A stretch of 64,000 nt of DNA from Octopus sinensis (taxonomy: Eukaryota). The position numbers and the translations under genes are program-made. Shown here piece after piece: positions 14,271-27,481 of the stretch. Under the pieces are notes generated by a model. It worked only from the letters and a program-made list of their open reading frames with translations, did not search any database and was not told the DNA's origin. The stretch lies in the NCBI RefSeq assembly GCF_006345805.1, contig NC_043001.1, positions 4,960,001-5,024,000 on the forward strand. Reading direction: 5' to 3'. Every line of letters begins with the position of its first letter. The stretch's first letter is position 1.

Positions 14271-15255
14271 TATAACAGAAAGGAATAATAATTGCAGGGA
14301 GACAGATTTGTTCCCTTCTGGTGCAGATGCGAAGGATCCGATAATGATCCGTCGAACTGAATTATGCTTTTCCTGTCCGTACGAAACGACTGAACCGGGA
14401 AAGTAAGTTTCGAACACCGCATCCTTCTCAGTGACCTTTCTGAGACTAATGAAAACTATGTCGAGTCTTTGTAATTGTTGCCAGCAAAGTTTTGGTAGTT
14501 CTAAACGGAATGCAATCAAATTATCTTTGTAGCATTATGATACGACACTGGGTGTTGTCTCATAACAGGAATTGTAAGCAGGGCCCTGCGTTTGTTTTGG
14601 GATCAGATGAGCGGAAATATTACTAATTTCGCTATAACAAAATTATTTCTCTGCATTTGTTGCAATTGCATCAACCGATTTTTTACTTGTACCGGTTAAC
14701 ACTATTCAAGTCTCATCTCCTCATCTTCCCAGGACACACAGAGATTTTGTGTCCGTGGAACAACAAGATGCATTTGCACACTCGAGGTCCTGACATTTTC
14801 GTTGATAGTATTTTCTCTTATGTTCTGCAATGGAGATATTATTTTGTTCATGTTATTGCTTATTATTATTTTGTTCATGATATTGCTTATCCCCGCTCAA
14901 ATAATTATCTTTTACTTTAATTTTGATGGAACTTGTTTGCAAATGCATTTCCCAATAACCATTTCGGTTTTGTTTTTTCTGGTACTTGCAAATGTGTTGC
15001 CATGTTGAAATAGTGCAGTAAACATTGCTACGCAAGACAACCTAGCATTCAGCTGGTTTGCTCTTATTCAAGTCGTCCTTCACCGTATACCCAAAGTAGT
15101 GAAGTCGAGACATGGTATGGAGATAAACCTCCATATCTAAAAGAGTTGTACATAATAAGCGTCTCAAACAAAATCCGAAAACAAACACAGTCATCGCTGC
15201 TTATCAAGCGAAGAAGAGCAAAATTTCAAAGAATCGAGTGTTTCATGGCACATTT

Positions 15256-15386
15256 GTGATCGAGCTTCAGCACTCTTCACCTACGAACTACCACCTGCTC
15301 ACAGCTATTGGGACAGAGATCGCTATGTTCAAGTGCGATCCCTATAAGTCAGAGTGGTAGTCCAACGCATCTCCCTCAGTCTCCCT
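15256..15386 (+). repeat. Dispersed ~130-bp repeat, inverted copy at 21666-21800
   Basis: gtgatcgagctt...ctcttcacctacgaactaccacctgctcacagctattgggacagagatcgctat...tccaacgcatctccctcagtctccct is the reverse complement of 21666-21800 with few differences. Confidence 0.85.
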
Positions 15387-15616
15387 CAGAACTACGCCCT
15401 TTCCAATTTATCCGCTGGGACGATGAAGCGGACTAACATTTGTTTCAAGTTATACTAGCTGTGTCTCTTCAGATAACAAATATACTATCAGTAAAGAGCT
15501 GATGTTTAGAGGGAGAGAGTTGATCTCCATTCGTTTTCCTCTCATTTCAAAGTGAATATACAAATCCAGGACTTCCCACTATTTTTAGAATATATCTGTC
15601 GGAAAAAATTGCTACG

Positions 15617-15950
15617 ATTACTCTTTTACTTGTTTCAGTCATCTGACTGCGGCGATGCTGGAGCACCGTCTTTAATCGTGCAACTCGACCGCGGGACTTA
15701 TTCCGTCGTAAGCCCAGTACTTATTCTATCAGTCATTTTTCCGAACCGCTAAGTGGCGGGGACATAAACACACCAGCATCGGTTGTCAAACAATGCTAGG
15801 GGGACAAACACAGACACACAAACATACACGCACACCTATATATATATACATATATGCGACGAGCTTCTTTCAGTTTCCGTCTACCAAATGCACTCACAAG
15901 GTTTTGGTCGGCCCGAGGCTATAGTAGAAGACACTTACCACACAGCCACT
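15617..15950 (-). mobile_element. SINE with internal microsatellite, reverse orientation
   Basis: Reverse complement of the 9861-10055 tail plus head fragment ttctttcagtttccgtctaccaaa...gaggctatagtagaagacactt. Confidence 0.8.
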
Positions 15951-18481
15951 CCTGTAATTTTAAAAAGATCTTTCTTTTCCAAAAAACTTGGCAAATAGGT
16001 ATATGATATACATTCTCACGACAATAAAATAAATCCCTCAATATTCCAATCGGTTCTGAAGGTATCTTTAGTCAGTGACAAAATATCAACTTTCTCTCCT
16101 GTTTTTCGCTATAAAATTGCCCTCAGTTGTCAAGTATGAGTTGAAAACATTTCATACATTCATGATGATGGTTAAATATTCAATATAAGAATTAATAAAA
16201 CCGCTCAAATATCCGATCACATCAAAAGCTTATCAAACTGAATATAATTCTTAAGTTCATACAACTGAGACAATTCTCTATATTAACAAATTCTAATCCG
16301 TTTTTGCATATCACAAGACCCAAAGGTCTTGATGACCTTCCGAATGTTTTTCCCATATCCTCAAACCTAAACAAAAAAAATGTGGATTTATTAAATTTTT
16401 TGAAAACTATCGGTTATTTGTTTCTGAAGTGCATACTTGCACAACTAATTGTAAATATGTAATATGGTTCTTTTTTAGAGAAGCAGGTCAATTAAAATTA
16501 TAGGAGTTTGATTACTACAGACATTAGCGAGAAATTTGCAACTTACCTAATTTAACTTCTGTACAGAAATCACTCAGGTTTTAAGCCCTTTTAATTCATT
16601 AATTTAATTTTAATCCATTACAATATTAAGATATTTTATTCAAATTTCAGCAGCAGGAAAGCGGTTTTGTGATAAGTGACTACAAAGGTTCAAGGGCTCT
16701 GATAGTCCTTCACAGTATTGATTCTCAATACAATGTTTACCAGTTACATTCAACGTGACTAAATGGTGCATGTTAGAATCTTAAGATTTTTTAACTTTCT
16801 AATAATGTTATGAAGGAAAATTCATAGTTTTTACTACGATAAAAAGAATCGATGAATGGAGCCCAGAAGAATCCCAATTCTGCAATACACGTTCAAAGTT
16901 CCTTGATATAACCTAAAATTATGAGGTCAAAATATGTTTTGGTCCAGTGGTCTTCACGTTTAGCCCAAATACATCTCCTCATATTTTATTATATCGTGTG
17001 ATATTTTAATGGCAAACATAAATATATACTCATTATTCCGAATGAGGACTTAATATTCTACATGCATATATCATGTACAAATATACAATATATAACTATA
17101 TATCTACAGCAATTAGTTTTTCGCTTGCGTTTATGTGGAGTTGCGTTTATCTTTACTTTAATTTATTTCTACCAAACGAAAATATGTTTTCTCTTAATTC
17201 TTATTGTCTTCCTACATTACTGCGTCGTGTAACTTCGAAAAGTGAATAGTTACTAGCAGGTGCTACTTGGTATATAACATCAGAAATAAACACAATCTTT
17301 CTTATATCTCATAAAATCATATTTTTATCATATTCTTGCTTCTTTTAATGAATGCTAACAAATGCTTATAGTTGTTATATTAAAATAGATGTGGCAATGT
17401 AGGGCGAAGAGGTTATATATTGAAAGCGATAGCCACAAACCGAAAGAAATGCCTGGTGTTGTAAATTCCGTATTGTTATTTCCATTGTTAAATTATTGGT
17501 GTTATAATATTATTCAAATCGATATTTGCAATCAACTACAATATCATAAAGACCTTCTAGCACCTCGAACACAAATACAAGTAGTAGTAGTGCTACTACT
17601 ACTACAACTAACAATAAAGTTGTTGCAAATAAAACCGCTTCCTTCAGCACCAACACACTTCCTTCATTACACAATTCGTAATTTACTGAGGAACTAACCA
17701 TGTTTTTAAATTGAGTTTTCAGCAAGCTGTATCTTCAAGTCCAGACAAATATATGAGATATTTTACATTTTAATAATAATGGATATAATCGAAGAATATT
17801 ATGTTGTCTGGCCACTGACACTTAGATGATTCAAATTATTTCTCTCTTTGACAATGATTTGCCAGCATATTGCGGATTTTCATACATATTAGGAATTTAG
17901 CATTTATACTTTCAGTGAGATGTTCAAGGGAAATATTGTCAGCAAATTTGAATATAGAGTGCATTAGATTTTCTAAAGAATTATTAAATGTCTTTGTTAA
18001 ACTTTACTGCTGAACTCATATGTATTGGAAGATAAACTATTCCAAACAAGTTCAAATATGGTTGATAATGTGAATGTTGCACGTTTGTACAGAGCATTCC
18101 TTTCAGAAGGAATGTTGTAATCGTAAATACAAATAATTTTTAAACAACTACGTTAAGAGGAAAGCCATGACTTAGTCAGGTATCTTAACATTTGAACGGG
18201 AAGATGGACAAATATAATAACAAAGATGAAGACCAACATATTCTTACAAATAATATACGGTCAGTATATTATCTTCTACTTGTATAATTATTTGGACTGC
18301 AGCCAAGCTGGGGCTAGGCCTTGGAATAATTAAGTTGCATGAATCGACAAGAGTACTGGTCCCTTTGGCTTAACCGCTACTTCATGAAGGACGTGCTGTA
18401 AGCCGGCTTAAGGTTCAAACAGAGACATAAATACGCACGCACACATACACACAATATATATATATATATATGTATACATAC

Positions 18482-18514
<33 letters not shown>

Positions 18515-18545
18515 CATGCATACATACATATATATACACACACAT

Positions 18546-18577
<32 letters not shown>

Positions 18578-18741
18578 CCATACGTTCATATATTTCTATG
18601 TGTGTGTGTATATATATATAATTAAGAAAAAACGAAGAAAAGACAAGAAAAAAGAACAACGCTAGGACGTGGAATATGCAAAGTATTAAAAGACGTTCAG
18701 GAAAGGAGAAAAAGGTGTGTTTTATTTATGTATAGTCAATA

Positions 18742-19952
18742 AAATATATATCAGAAAAGAAGCACATTCTAAAGGAGTCACCAAAGGATTCGCATCCGCA
18801 AAAGCCACGGGCTTTTGGACAGCTCCGTAAACTCTCTACAAAGAGAAAAAAAAATTAATCTTTCTACTCCGCAGATGTGTGGACATGCTCTGATATCGAG
18901 ATTTATTGGCTAATGTATAAAAACGTTAATGAGGACGTGTTATGTCCCCTGGGACATGACAAAACCATAACAGACCCAACGTAGGCAACCCAGCAAACGA
19001 GGAGATCCAATTTTGCAGTAGTTAGTGCTTGGAATAGACACACGAACAAACTTAGAGAAAACGCCTTTACAACTATTCATTGCGCCAGGTTTAACATACT
19101 CCTGAATAACTTTAGTTCTCTTGGCGGTGCAGATTTTGGAACGGTCACTCCCATTAATATATTGGCCTGGATGATCTATTATTTTCCACCTGATATCACA
19201 TGAGGTCACTTGATTTTTGAAGTGCCACACATGGCTGGCCAACTATGTGACAAAACATCTTGCTGTGACTCTGAAAAATGACTAGTGGTTGCGAAATCAA
19301 CTTTGAAAGATGTACTGGTTGATTCAATGTATTTACAAACTTGGGATCTGGTTATATTCGAACTCGTGGAATATCACTCGTAGGCTCCGAACGTCGGGTG
19401 CTGTTAGTAACACTGTTGCTGACGTTTCCGATATGACGCCATCATCCAGCTGTGTTATCACTGTGGTTATCCTTTCTGGTCATATGGTTGGTGATGTAGA
19501 TAAAGGTTTTAAAGTGCAGCTGGTGGTAACATATGGTGAGGGGCCGGTCATTCCATCGGTGTCGACGATAATATTCTGGTCATTGTCTGGGTTGGTGGTA
19601 CTGGGTACGTCGGATATCTCTTCTGTTTAGGTGGTCCCGGTTTGGTCATGATCTCTAGTTGTGGCGATTGCCCTGAGTGTAACATATGTGCGGTCCTGAT
19701 CACTCTATCGGTTTTGAATATAAGGCTTTGTTCAACATCTGTGGCGGTGCTATTGCTGTCGTTCCTCTGTGTCACTGGTTCGGCCTGGATATTTATACAT
19801 TAGCCGTTAAATCTAGGTATCTGAGCGTTTTCTCACGCCCCCATGGTAGAAAGTTCAATTTGCTTGTCTGACGAGATGTCTACAAGGCTGTGGTTTCATG
19901 GATACGAAACCTTCGGTAACTCTCTGACGAGGATTTAACTTTTTGTTTTAAT
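18742..19952 (-). mobile_element. Penelope-like element remnant: degenerate GIY-YIG endonuclease between inverted HHR-bearing arms
   Basis: Minus strand, with frameshifts and stops: VIF...KYIESTSTSFKV.FRNH.SFFR...LASHVWHFKNQ...IRWKIIDHPGQYINGSDRSKICTAKRTKVI...MNS, the PLE GIY-YIG C-terminal signature. Arms ~18742-18921 (-) and ~19792-19952 (+) are homologous (tttatacattagcc...gtagaaag...ggat(a/g)cgaa(a/t)cctt(c/t)ggt(a/g)actc). Confidence 0.75.
19868..19924 (+). ncRNA. Type-I hammerhead-like motif (degenerate)
   Basis: CTGACGA-long stem II-GAAA-CC-TTC-GG-TA-ACTCTC. The 5' half of stem I (GAGAGT) survives only in the inverted copy at 18774-18836, whose core is mutated. Confidence 0.5.
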
Positions 19953-19960
19953 ATATATTT

Positions 19961-20009
<49 letters not shown>

Positions 20010-20377
20010 GCATAGACACACACAAGGATATACGTAAGCGCACACAAAAACACATACAATAGGAATACAAAATGGCTGATCAGTAGTAAGGAAAGACACA
20101 AAAGAAGAAAGAAGACAGCAAAGGACGACAGATAAGGTCACAGAAGTGTGACGAAAGAACTCTGGCCGAAATACGATTAGTATAAAATAAATCTGAAGCA
20201 AATGAGCACCAAATATATAGTGCGTATGTTTTTATTGGCTAAACTGGCAACATGACCATCCCCAAATACAATATATGCTTCAACACACGAATTCACTTCA
20301 AGAAGCTTTGCAAAACGAATACACACACACAGACACACATGTATATATATATATATATCCCGCCTATACATACATAC

Positions 20378-20462
<85 letters not shown>

Positions 20463-21840
20463 TTGAGTTGTGGGGTGTCGCACGAGTGGAATTATATACG
20501 AAAGAAGGTTTGAAAATGCAATTTAAAAGATGTTTATTTATTTAACCGGTTTCACTCTTTGGAAAAAGATTGTCAAAAGTAACTTATGGAAGTTTGGTTG
20601 CGTTAGTTATTGTTTATTGCAAATTGCCATATTACATGTATAGGTACAGTCTTTGTTAACAGGGACATGTTAAAGACATAAAAAAGTACAACAGTATGAT
20701 GAGAATATTTGAAAAAATGGGCAGAAAAGATTAAAACAAATATATTATACATCTCAGGGTAATTTCCAGGAGAAAATATCAAAAAAAGTTCAGTACAGAA
20801 TATTATGAATTCAAAAAAATTTACATTAAGATTTACATTAATGTAGTGGCGAGGTTGTTTACTGACCTGTCCGTTTTAGCAGAAATGTGGAATTGAAAAA
20901 GGTGTACCCGTTTTTTTATTTTTCTGGCTCACCTTCAAGCATCAATGATTTTGGGGTTAGGATGAGGAGAATATGTGTGTCCCTGCGTGTATGTGTGCGT
21001 GCATACATATACATGTGGTGTGAATAGATGTGTCTGTGTGTCTGTAGTATTTGGTCAGATGGCGTCTGTTTGTCAAGTGTGTGTGGTTGTCATGGTGTTG
21101 TGTGTGCGTGTGTGTATGAACGTGTGCGGGCGTGTGTACGCACGCATGAGTGTGGATGGCATTTGACATGGTGCTGCGTGTGTATATATGTGCCTGTATG
21201 GAGGTGAGATTGGTGTGAGTGTTTGTGTCCCTGTGTGCGTGCACATACACGTATACAAGCGTCTGCGTGTGTGTGGGGGCTGTTTTTGATTGGTTCCAGG
21301 GTGGCGGATATAGATGTGTGTTGTTTAAAGAATTTTTTGGGGTAGGATGGTGTGTGTATATATGCGTGCCGGCCCGTGCGCGCGCGCGTGCGTGCGTGTG
21401 CGCGTCTACGTGTGTGTGCGGGCCATATACACACACTACATATACATACACACACACACACATCATACACACACACCACACACACACAACACACATAATA
21501 TACACACACACACATACATACAGAACACACACACACAACACACACACACAACACACACACACACAACACACGAACACATACATACATAATATATGTATAT
21601 ATGTATATATAGAATGCATATATACACATACATATACACATAATGTACACATGCATATACAACACAGGGAGACTGAGGGAGATGCGTTGGACTACCACTC
21701 TGACTTATAGGGATCGCACTTGAAGATAGCGATCTCTGTCCCAATAGCTGTGAGCAGGTAGTAGTTCGTGGGTGAAGAGCGCTGACACAAGCTCGATCAC
21801 GCTATATGTATGTATTTTGTATGTATGTGTATATGAGTGA

Positions 21841-21900
<60 letters not shown>

Positions 21901-23113
21901 ATATATTATATATATATATATATGTGTGTGTATATATATATGCATTATATGCATGTGCATTGTGTATATGTATATTATATGTATGTGTGTGTATATGCAT
22001 GAATACATGTATATACATTACATGTATATATATGTATACATTGTGTATGTGTATGTTATGTATATATATGTTATATGTATGTGTATGTAAACATTATATA
22101 TATGTATATATGTATATATGTATATGCATTGTCTATATATATATATTATATGTATGTATTGTGTATGTATGTTATATGTATATATTGTGTATGTGTATTA
22201 TATATATGCTGTGTATGTGTATTGTATGTATATATGTGTTAGGTGTATTTGTGTTGTATTTATATTATGTATGTATGTGTGCGTGTGTTGTGTGTGTATG
22301 TGTGTTGTGTGTGTGTATTATATGTATGTGCGTTGTGTGTGTGTGTGTTCTGTATGTATGTATGTTGTGTGAGTGTGTGTTGTGTGTGTGTATATTATGT
22401 GTGTGTGTTGTGTGTGTGGAGGGGTGAGAAAGGTGTGTGTGTGTGGCGTGTGTGTATGGTGTGTGTGTGTGCGTGTGTATGTGTGTGTATATGTATATGT
22501 AGTGTGTGTGTATGACTCGCACACACGCGTGGACGCGCACACGCACGCACGCGCGCGCGCACGGGCGGGCACGCATATATACACACACCATCCTACCCCA
22601 AAAAATTCTTTAAACAACACACATCTATTTTCGCCACCCTGGAACCAATCAAAAACAGCCCCCACACACACGCAGACGCTTGTATACGTGTATGTGCACG
22701 CACACAGGGACACAAACACTCACACCAAGCTCACCTCCATACAGGCACATATATACACACGCAGCACCATGTCAAATGCCATCCACACTCATGCGTGCGT
22801 ACACACGCACGCACTCGCACACATACATACGCGCACACACGTACACACAACACCATGACAACCACACACACTTGACAAACAGACGCCATCTGACCAAATA
22901 CTACAGACACACAGACACATCTATTCACATACATGTATATGTATGCACGCACCCATCACGCAGAGACACACACATTCTCCTAACCCCAAAATCATTGATG
23001 CTTGAAGGAGAGCTAGAAAAAGAAAAAAACGGGTACATCTTTTTCAATTCCACATTTCTGCTAAAACAGACAGGTCAGTAAACAACCTCGCCATTACATT
23101 AATGTAAATCTTA

Positions 23114-23524
23114 ATGTAAATTTTTTTGAATTCATAATATTCTGTACTGAACTTTTTTGATATTCCCTCCTGGAAATTACCCTGAGATGTATAATATATT
23201 TGTTTTATTCTTTTCTGCCCATTTTTTCAAATATTCTCATCATACTGCTGTACTTTTTTAAGTCCTTAACATGTCCCTGTTACCAAAGACTGTATATATA
23301 CATGTAATGTGGCAATTATGTAAATTTTTTTGAATTCATAATATTCTGTACTGAACTTGTTTTGATATTTCCTCCTGGAAATTACCCTGAGATGTATAAT
23401 ATATTTGTTTTAATCTTTTCTACCCTTTTTTTTTCAAATATTCTCATCATACTGTTGTACTTTTTTATGTCCTTAACATGTCCCTGTTACCAAAGACTGT
23501 ACATATACATGTAATATGGCAATT
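23114..23524 (+). repeat. ~204-bp tandem duplication inside the right arm of the large inverted repeat
   Basis: atgtaaatttttttgaattcataatattctgtactgaac...catgtaat(g/a)tggcaatt occurs at 23114 and 23318; there is a single copy in the left arm. Confidence 0.9.
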
Positions 23525-23563
23525 TGCAACAACCAATAATTAACGCAACCAAACTTCCATATG

Positions 23564-23607
23564 TTACTTTTGACAATCTTTTTCCAAAGAGTGAAACCGT
23601 TAAGTAA
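23564..23607 (+). ncRNA. Hammerhead-like motif (degenerate; mirror copy 20538-20582 on minus)
   Basis: TTACTT-TTGACAA-TCTTT/TTCC/AAAGA-GT-GAAA-CCG(G)-TT-AAGTAA. Stem I is ttactt/aagtaa, the core is U3-A8, and stem II is offset by 2 nt in both copies. Confidence 0.45.
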
Positions 23608-23645
23608 ATAAACATCTTTTAAATTGCATTTTCAAATCTTCTTTC

Positions 23646-23755
23646 GTATATATATCTATATATATATATATATATCTATATATATATATATATATAATAT
23701 ATATATATATAGATATATATATATATAATTATATATATATAATATATATATATAT

Positions 23756-23793
<38 letters not shown>

Positions 23794-23795
23794 GA

Positions 23796-23870
<75 letters not shown>
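23646..23870. repeat. Interrupted (TA)n microsatellite
   Basis: Direct reading. Confidence 0.9.
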
Positions 23871-23872
<2 letters not shown>

Positions 23873-24286
23873 CATGTATAGGCGGGATACATATGGGCGG
23901 AAACCCAAACCGGGGTCTCTTCAGTTATCGGGCCATCGAAAAAAGTACTACGAAAATGTCCGTTAAACGAAGGGAAATTACTGTTTGATTGACCGCTATT
24001 AAGACAAAAGAGCTATTAGAATGCCCGCGAAGTAAAGAAAGGTAGTAAAAATATTCATAGTAATCGCGTAAGCGCGCATGTCCATACATACACTTGCATG
24101 CCAGCACACACACGTACATGTGCCTCTATGTATATACGCATCCACCCTCACTTGAAACACGCACATGGTTACCCACACGTTTGCCAAAAATTAAAAGTAT
24201 ATACACGCCCGCATACACGCCCCGACATATAAAGACTCGGATTTTTATCATGGCTACCAAATAATTGTCACGTATTATATTTACAG

Positions 24287-24342
<56 letters not shown>

Positions 24343-24364
24343 GTATATATGATAGATATGTATA

Positions 24365-24443
<79 letters not shown>

Positions 24444-24474
24444 GTATGCCTGTATGTATGTATGTACACATCTG

Positions 24475-24930
24475 AACACGTGGCTTTGTGTTAATAAGAG
24501 TGCTCCCCGAATTTATGGTTCTTTGCTCAGTCCCTTTGCGTGGCACTAAGTGCAAGGGTTTTCTAGTATAGCTTCTGGCTAATGAATGCTTTGCACGGGG
24601 ATCTGGAAGAGGGAAACTGAACGAATCTTGTTGTATGCATATATATGCATGTTCGTTGGTGCGTGTGTAGGTGTGTGGGTGTGTGTGTATGCTTGTATCC
24701 TTGAGTCTTTGTTACTACTTGTTCCCACCTCTTCTTTCGGAACAGGTGCTGGTGTGTTTACCTCCCCGTATAATAGCGATGCGGTAAAGTGACCTATAGA
24801 ATAATTACCGGGCTTCAAATATGATAAGTAATACGGTCGATTAAAAATTATATGTACTACAGTCGTTTAAAAACTTTCCCCTAGTTTCTGTCCCAGCATG
24901 GCCGCAGTCTAATGAATGAAACAAGTATAA
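24475..24930 (+). mobile_element. Diverged full-length SINE (head, internal microsatellite, tail)
   Basis: cagtccctttgcgtggcac...tatagcttc...ggaaactgaa head and gctggtgtgtttac...cccagcatggccgcagtc...tgaaacaagta tail. Confidence 0.7.
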
Positions 24931-27446
24931 CATTAAAGATAATGTTTGTTGGTTGTTGCGGGGAAATAATAAACGATAAGCAGTATCTTGAGCCACATTA
25001 AACACAACCAGTTACCTCGCAGCATTTTCTCCTATAAGACCATGTCTACCAAAATAACAGTCACCGACAAACAATTTTCAAACGTCTGTTGTTCATCTTC
25101 GAACTTCATATAGTGCATCATCAGCAGCCGTTCATGCATTTGGACCTGGAGATCTCCATTTCCAGCGACTTCGATGGCCACCTCCCAGTGGTGTCGGGCG
25201 TCAACGAAGAGCCATCGACTACAACAAAACGACCAAAGTTTTTCTTTTTTTCCACGGTCTGGGGTCTTCCGCCCTTTAGCCCTAGACCATCACCTAATCA
25301 CCCTTACCTGTCTAGTTGCATAACAACAACAACAACAACAACTACAGCAAACAGCGACAACATGTGTTATTTTAGAAACAGACTTTCATGTTGCCCACCG
25401 CAAATAAATGAAAATATGAAAGGTATATCCCGCAAGTAGAAGTCCATATTACGTTTGTGAACAGATGAACACACAACGCTACATCTTGTGTTGAAATGGA
25501 AAGACGAAATGCGGAGCTTTAGAACTGGGAATCACAGATTTCAAATATCAGCAAATGCCAAGCAAATTCCCTACATTGTTAATGACTGCGAGAAATGCAA
25601 TCGTGTTGTAGACTTGTAATTTATTTCATGGCGCTCTTTGTAATAAATTTAAAGTTTATTCTAGTGTCCGTGTTAATGTATATATTATTGTTGCTTGGAG
25701 GTCTTTATGCTGTTGTAGTTGATTGGAATTATCGATTGCCATAATGTTTAAACACTATTACATTACCAAATAAAGCAGCAAGGCGAATGTAATGTGCAAT
25801 GTGTAAGTACCTCCTTATTGATAACTGTAACGAACCATATACAAAGAAACACATATTTGCGTGCATTGTATATGCAGATATTATTTGACGTGCCAAGCGC
25901 TTAGTTTTGATGGAGGTCGATACATTTCTACATGCAATTTAAAAGAAGCATATTCATTATGAACTACCTGTAATGCATGGCGATGATATATACTGGTCAC
26001 GGCATGAGGGAAGTGTTCATGTCCGGACACTTCCCTCATGTTTATGTGGATGCGAAAACATGTGTAAATTGTCTTTCAAATTCTACTAAAACTATTTTTC
26101 CTTGTCTTTATTTTTTTCTTCTTCAAATATTGTTTATATATTCATAATGGTTTGTGTAGTATGAATTGCAAGTTCTCCTAACAACTGCTTTGCAATACTT
26201 CATCTTTTTCCTATCAGCTTCGAATTTTACATTTTCTGCTGTTCTAGAACATGGCTTTATATATCCATACATTTTTGTCCTCTTAACTTATAGAGAAAGT
26301 CGTATTTTTAAAGAAATTTCAACAATAAGCTTCAGAGGGTGTACAATAGGATTATATCGAAATTAATATGAAGAGGAATATTGCATAGGGACGCAAATCA
26401 TAGGTAAATGTAAAAAATTAAAGTTGCATTTTCGATAATGTTATGGTTGTATAAATTTGTATGTAGGCATGGTAACGATTGTTTGTTTTGTATCAAATTC
26501 CGATATAATCGTAATTTATACACTCTCAGAGGCATTTGCAGATATTTGGATATCTTGTTTCTTCCGAGAGTTAGGAGGAGCCAAATCTGTTCCAGTTGAA
26601 TTTACTTAAACTCCTCTCACGCTCCTTTTCTATTCTATATTCGGATATAACCATAATATACAACATCTGATGTTTAACTGTAAATTTGATTAAACATTAT
26701 CCATTATTCCCGACATTTTGACGAAAGAAATCAGGTCGAGCACACACCTCTAGATATGCCCATTGCTTTAACATAACTAATACTACAAAGATGACATTAC
26801 TCTTATAAATCTACATATCAGCTTGCTTCTTTTCACTTTCATCTTGTATGAAACAGTCTTTGATTATCTAACAGTATGTCATATTGATACAAACAATACA
26901 CTTCTTTTGTTTCATTTGCATCAAAAGTGTGTCTCTATTATGAGAATGAGATGGGATTAATGTTTCACGTCACATAAACTTATTCTGCAAAAAAGTATTA
27001 CAGATATGTTGTGCTCATTAACGAATACACATTGGATTAAAAACGGCATCTAATGCTACACACACACACTCACACATATATATGTAGTATGTATATTAAA
27101 TGAAGAAGCGGTGATGAATGACAATTCAGTATATAATAATTATAAGCGTGAAACTTATAAACGATTACAGTTTATTGGCTAAACAAAACAGTCTAACATT
27201 AGTGCATAGAAGCAATCGAAGGAAAAAAGGTGGGAGTACACGTGGGACTCGAGCACACAGGATGTATATTAGCACTAACTGTGTTGCCCATTACACTATC
27301 TTACCTACTAGTTCATTTCCGTTAGAGTAAAAGCTATAATGCCGTAGCGTTTGAATTCTTTTTATTTGAATAATCAACACTATGGTATTGTAGCTGTTAA
27401 AGCAACGATGAGTTAAGTTCGAGTAATGGTTAGTACAATTATCACA

Positions 27447-27477
<31 letters not shown>

Positions 27478-27481
<4 letters not shown>

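Larger units (their letters stand above)
20354..23891. repeat. Large inverted duplication (arms ~20354-21594 and ~22261-23891, ~670-bp spacer)
   Basis: Reverse-complement matches throughout, e.g. tatcccgcctatacat / atgtataggcgggata, gaaaaagattgtcaaaagtaac / gttacttttgacaatctttttc, ccccacacacacgcagacgcttgtatacg. The arms differ by scattered substitutions and microsatellite lengths. Confidence 0.95.

Noticed and set aside
14298-14402. Plus-strand 105-nt exon candidate (ETDLFPSGADAKDPIMIRRTELCFSCPYETTEPG) with GTAAGT donor
   Set aside because: The acceptor is purine-rich and lies in a SINE tail; no homolog or partner exons recognised.
17555-17680. Ser/Thr-rich frame (RPSSTSNTNTSSSSATTTTTNNK...)
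   Set aside because: Explained by short (GTA)/(CTA) repeats; no convincing splice context.
20957-23081. Long ORFs (231, 202, 196, 161, 133 aa) rich in C/V/Y/H/T
   Set aside because: They are translations of (TG)/(CA)/(TA) microsatellites within the inverted repeat; dinucleotide repeats lack stops.
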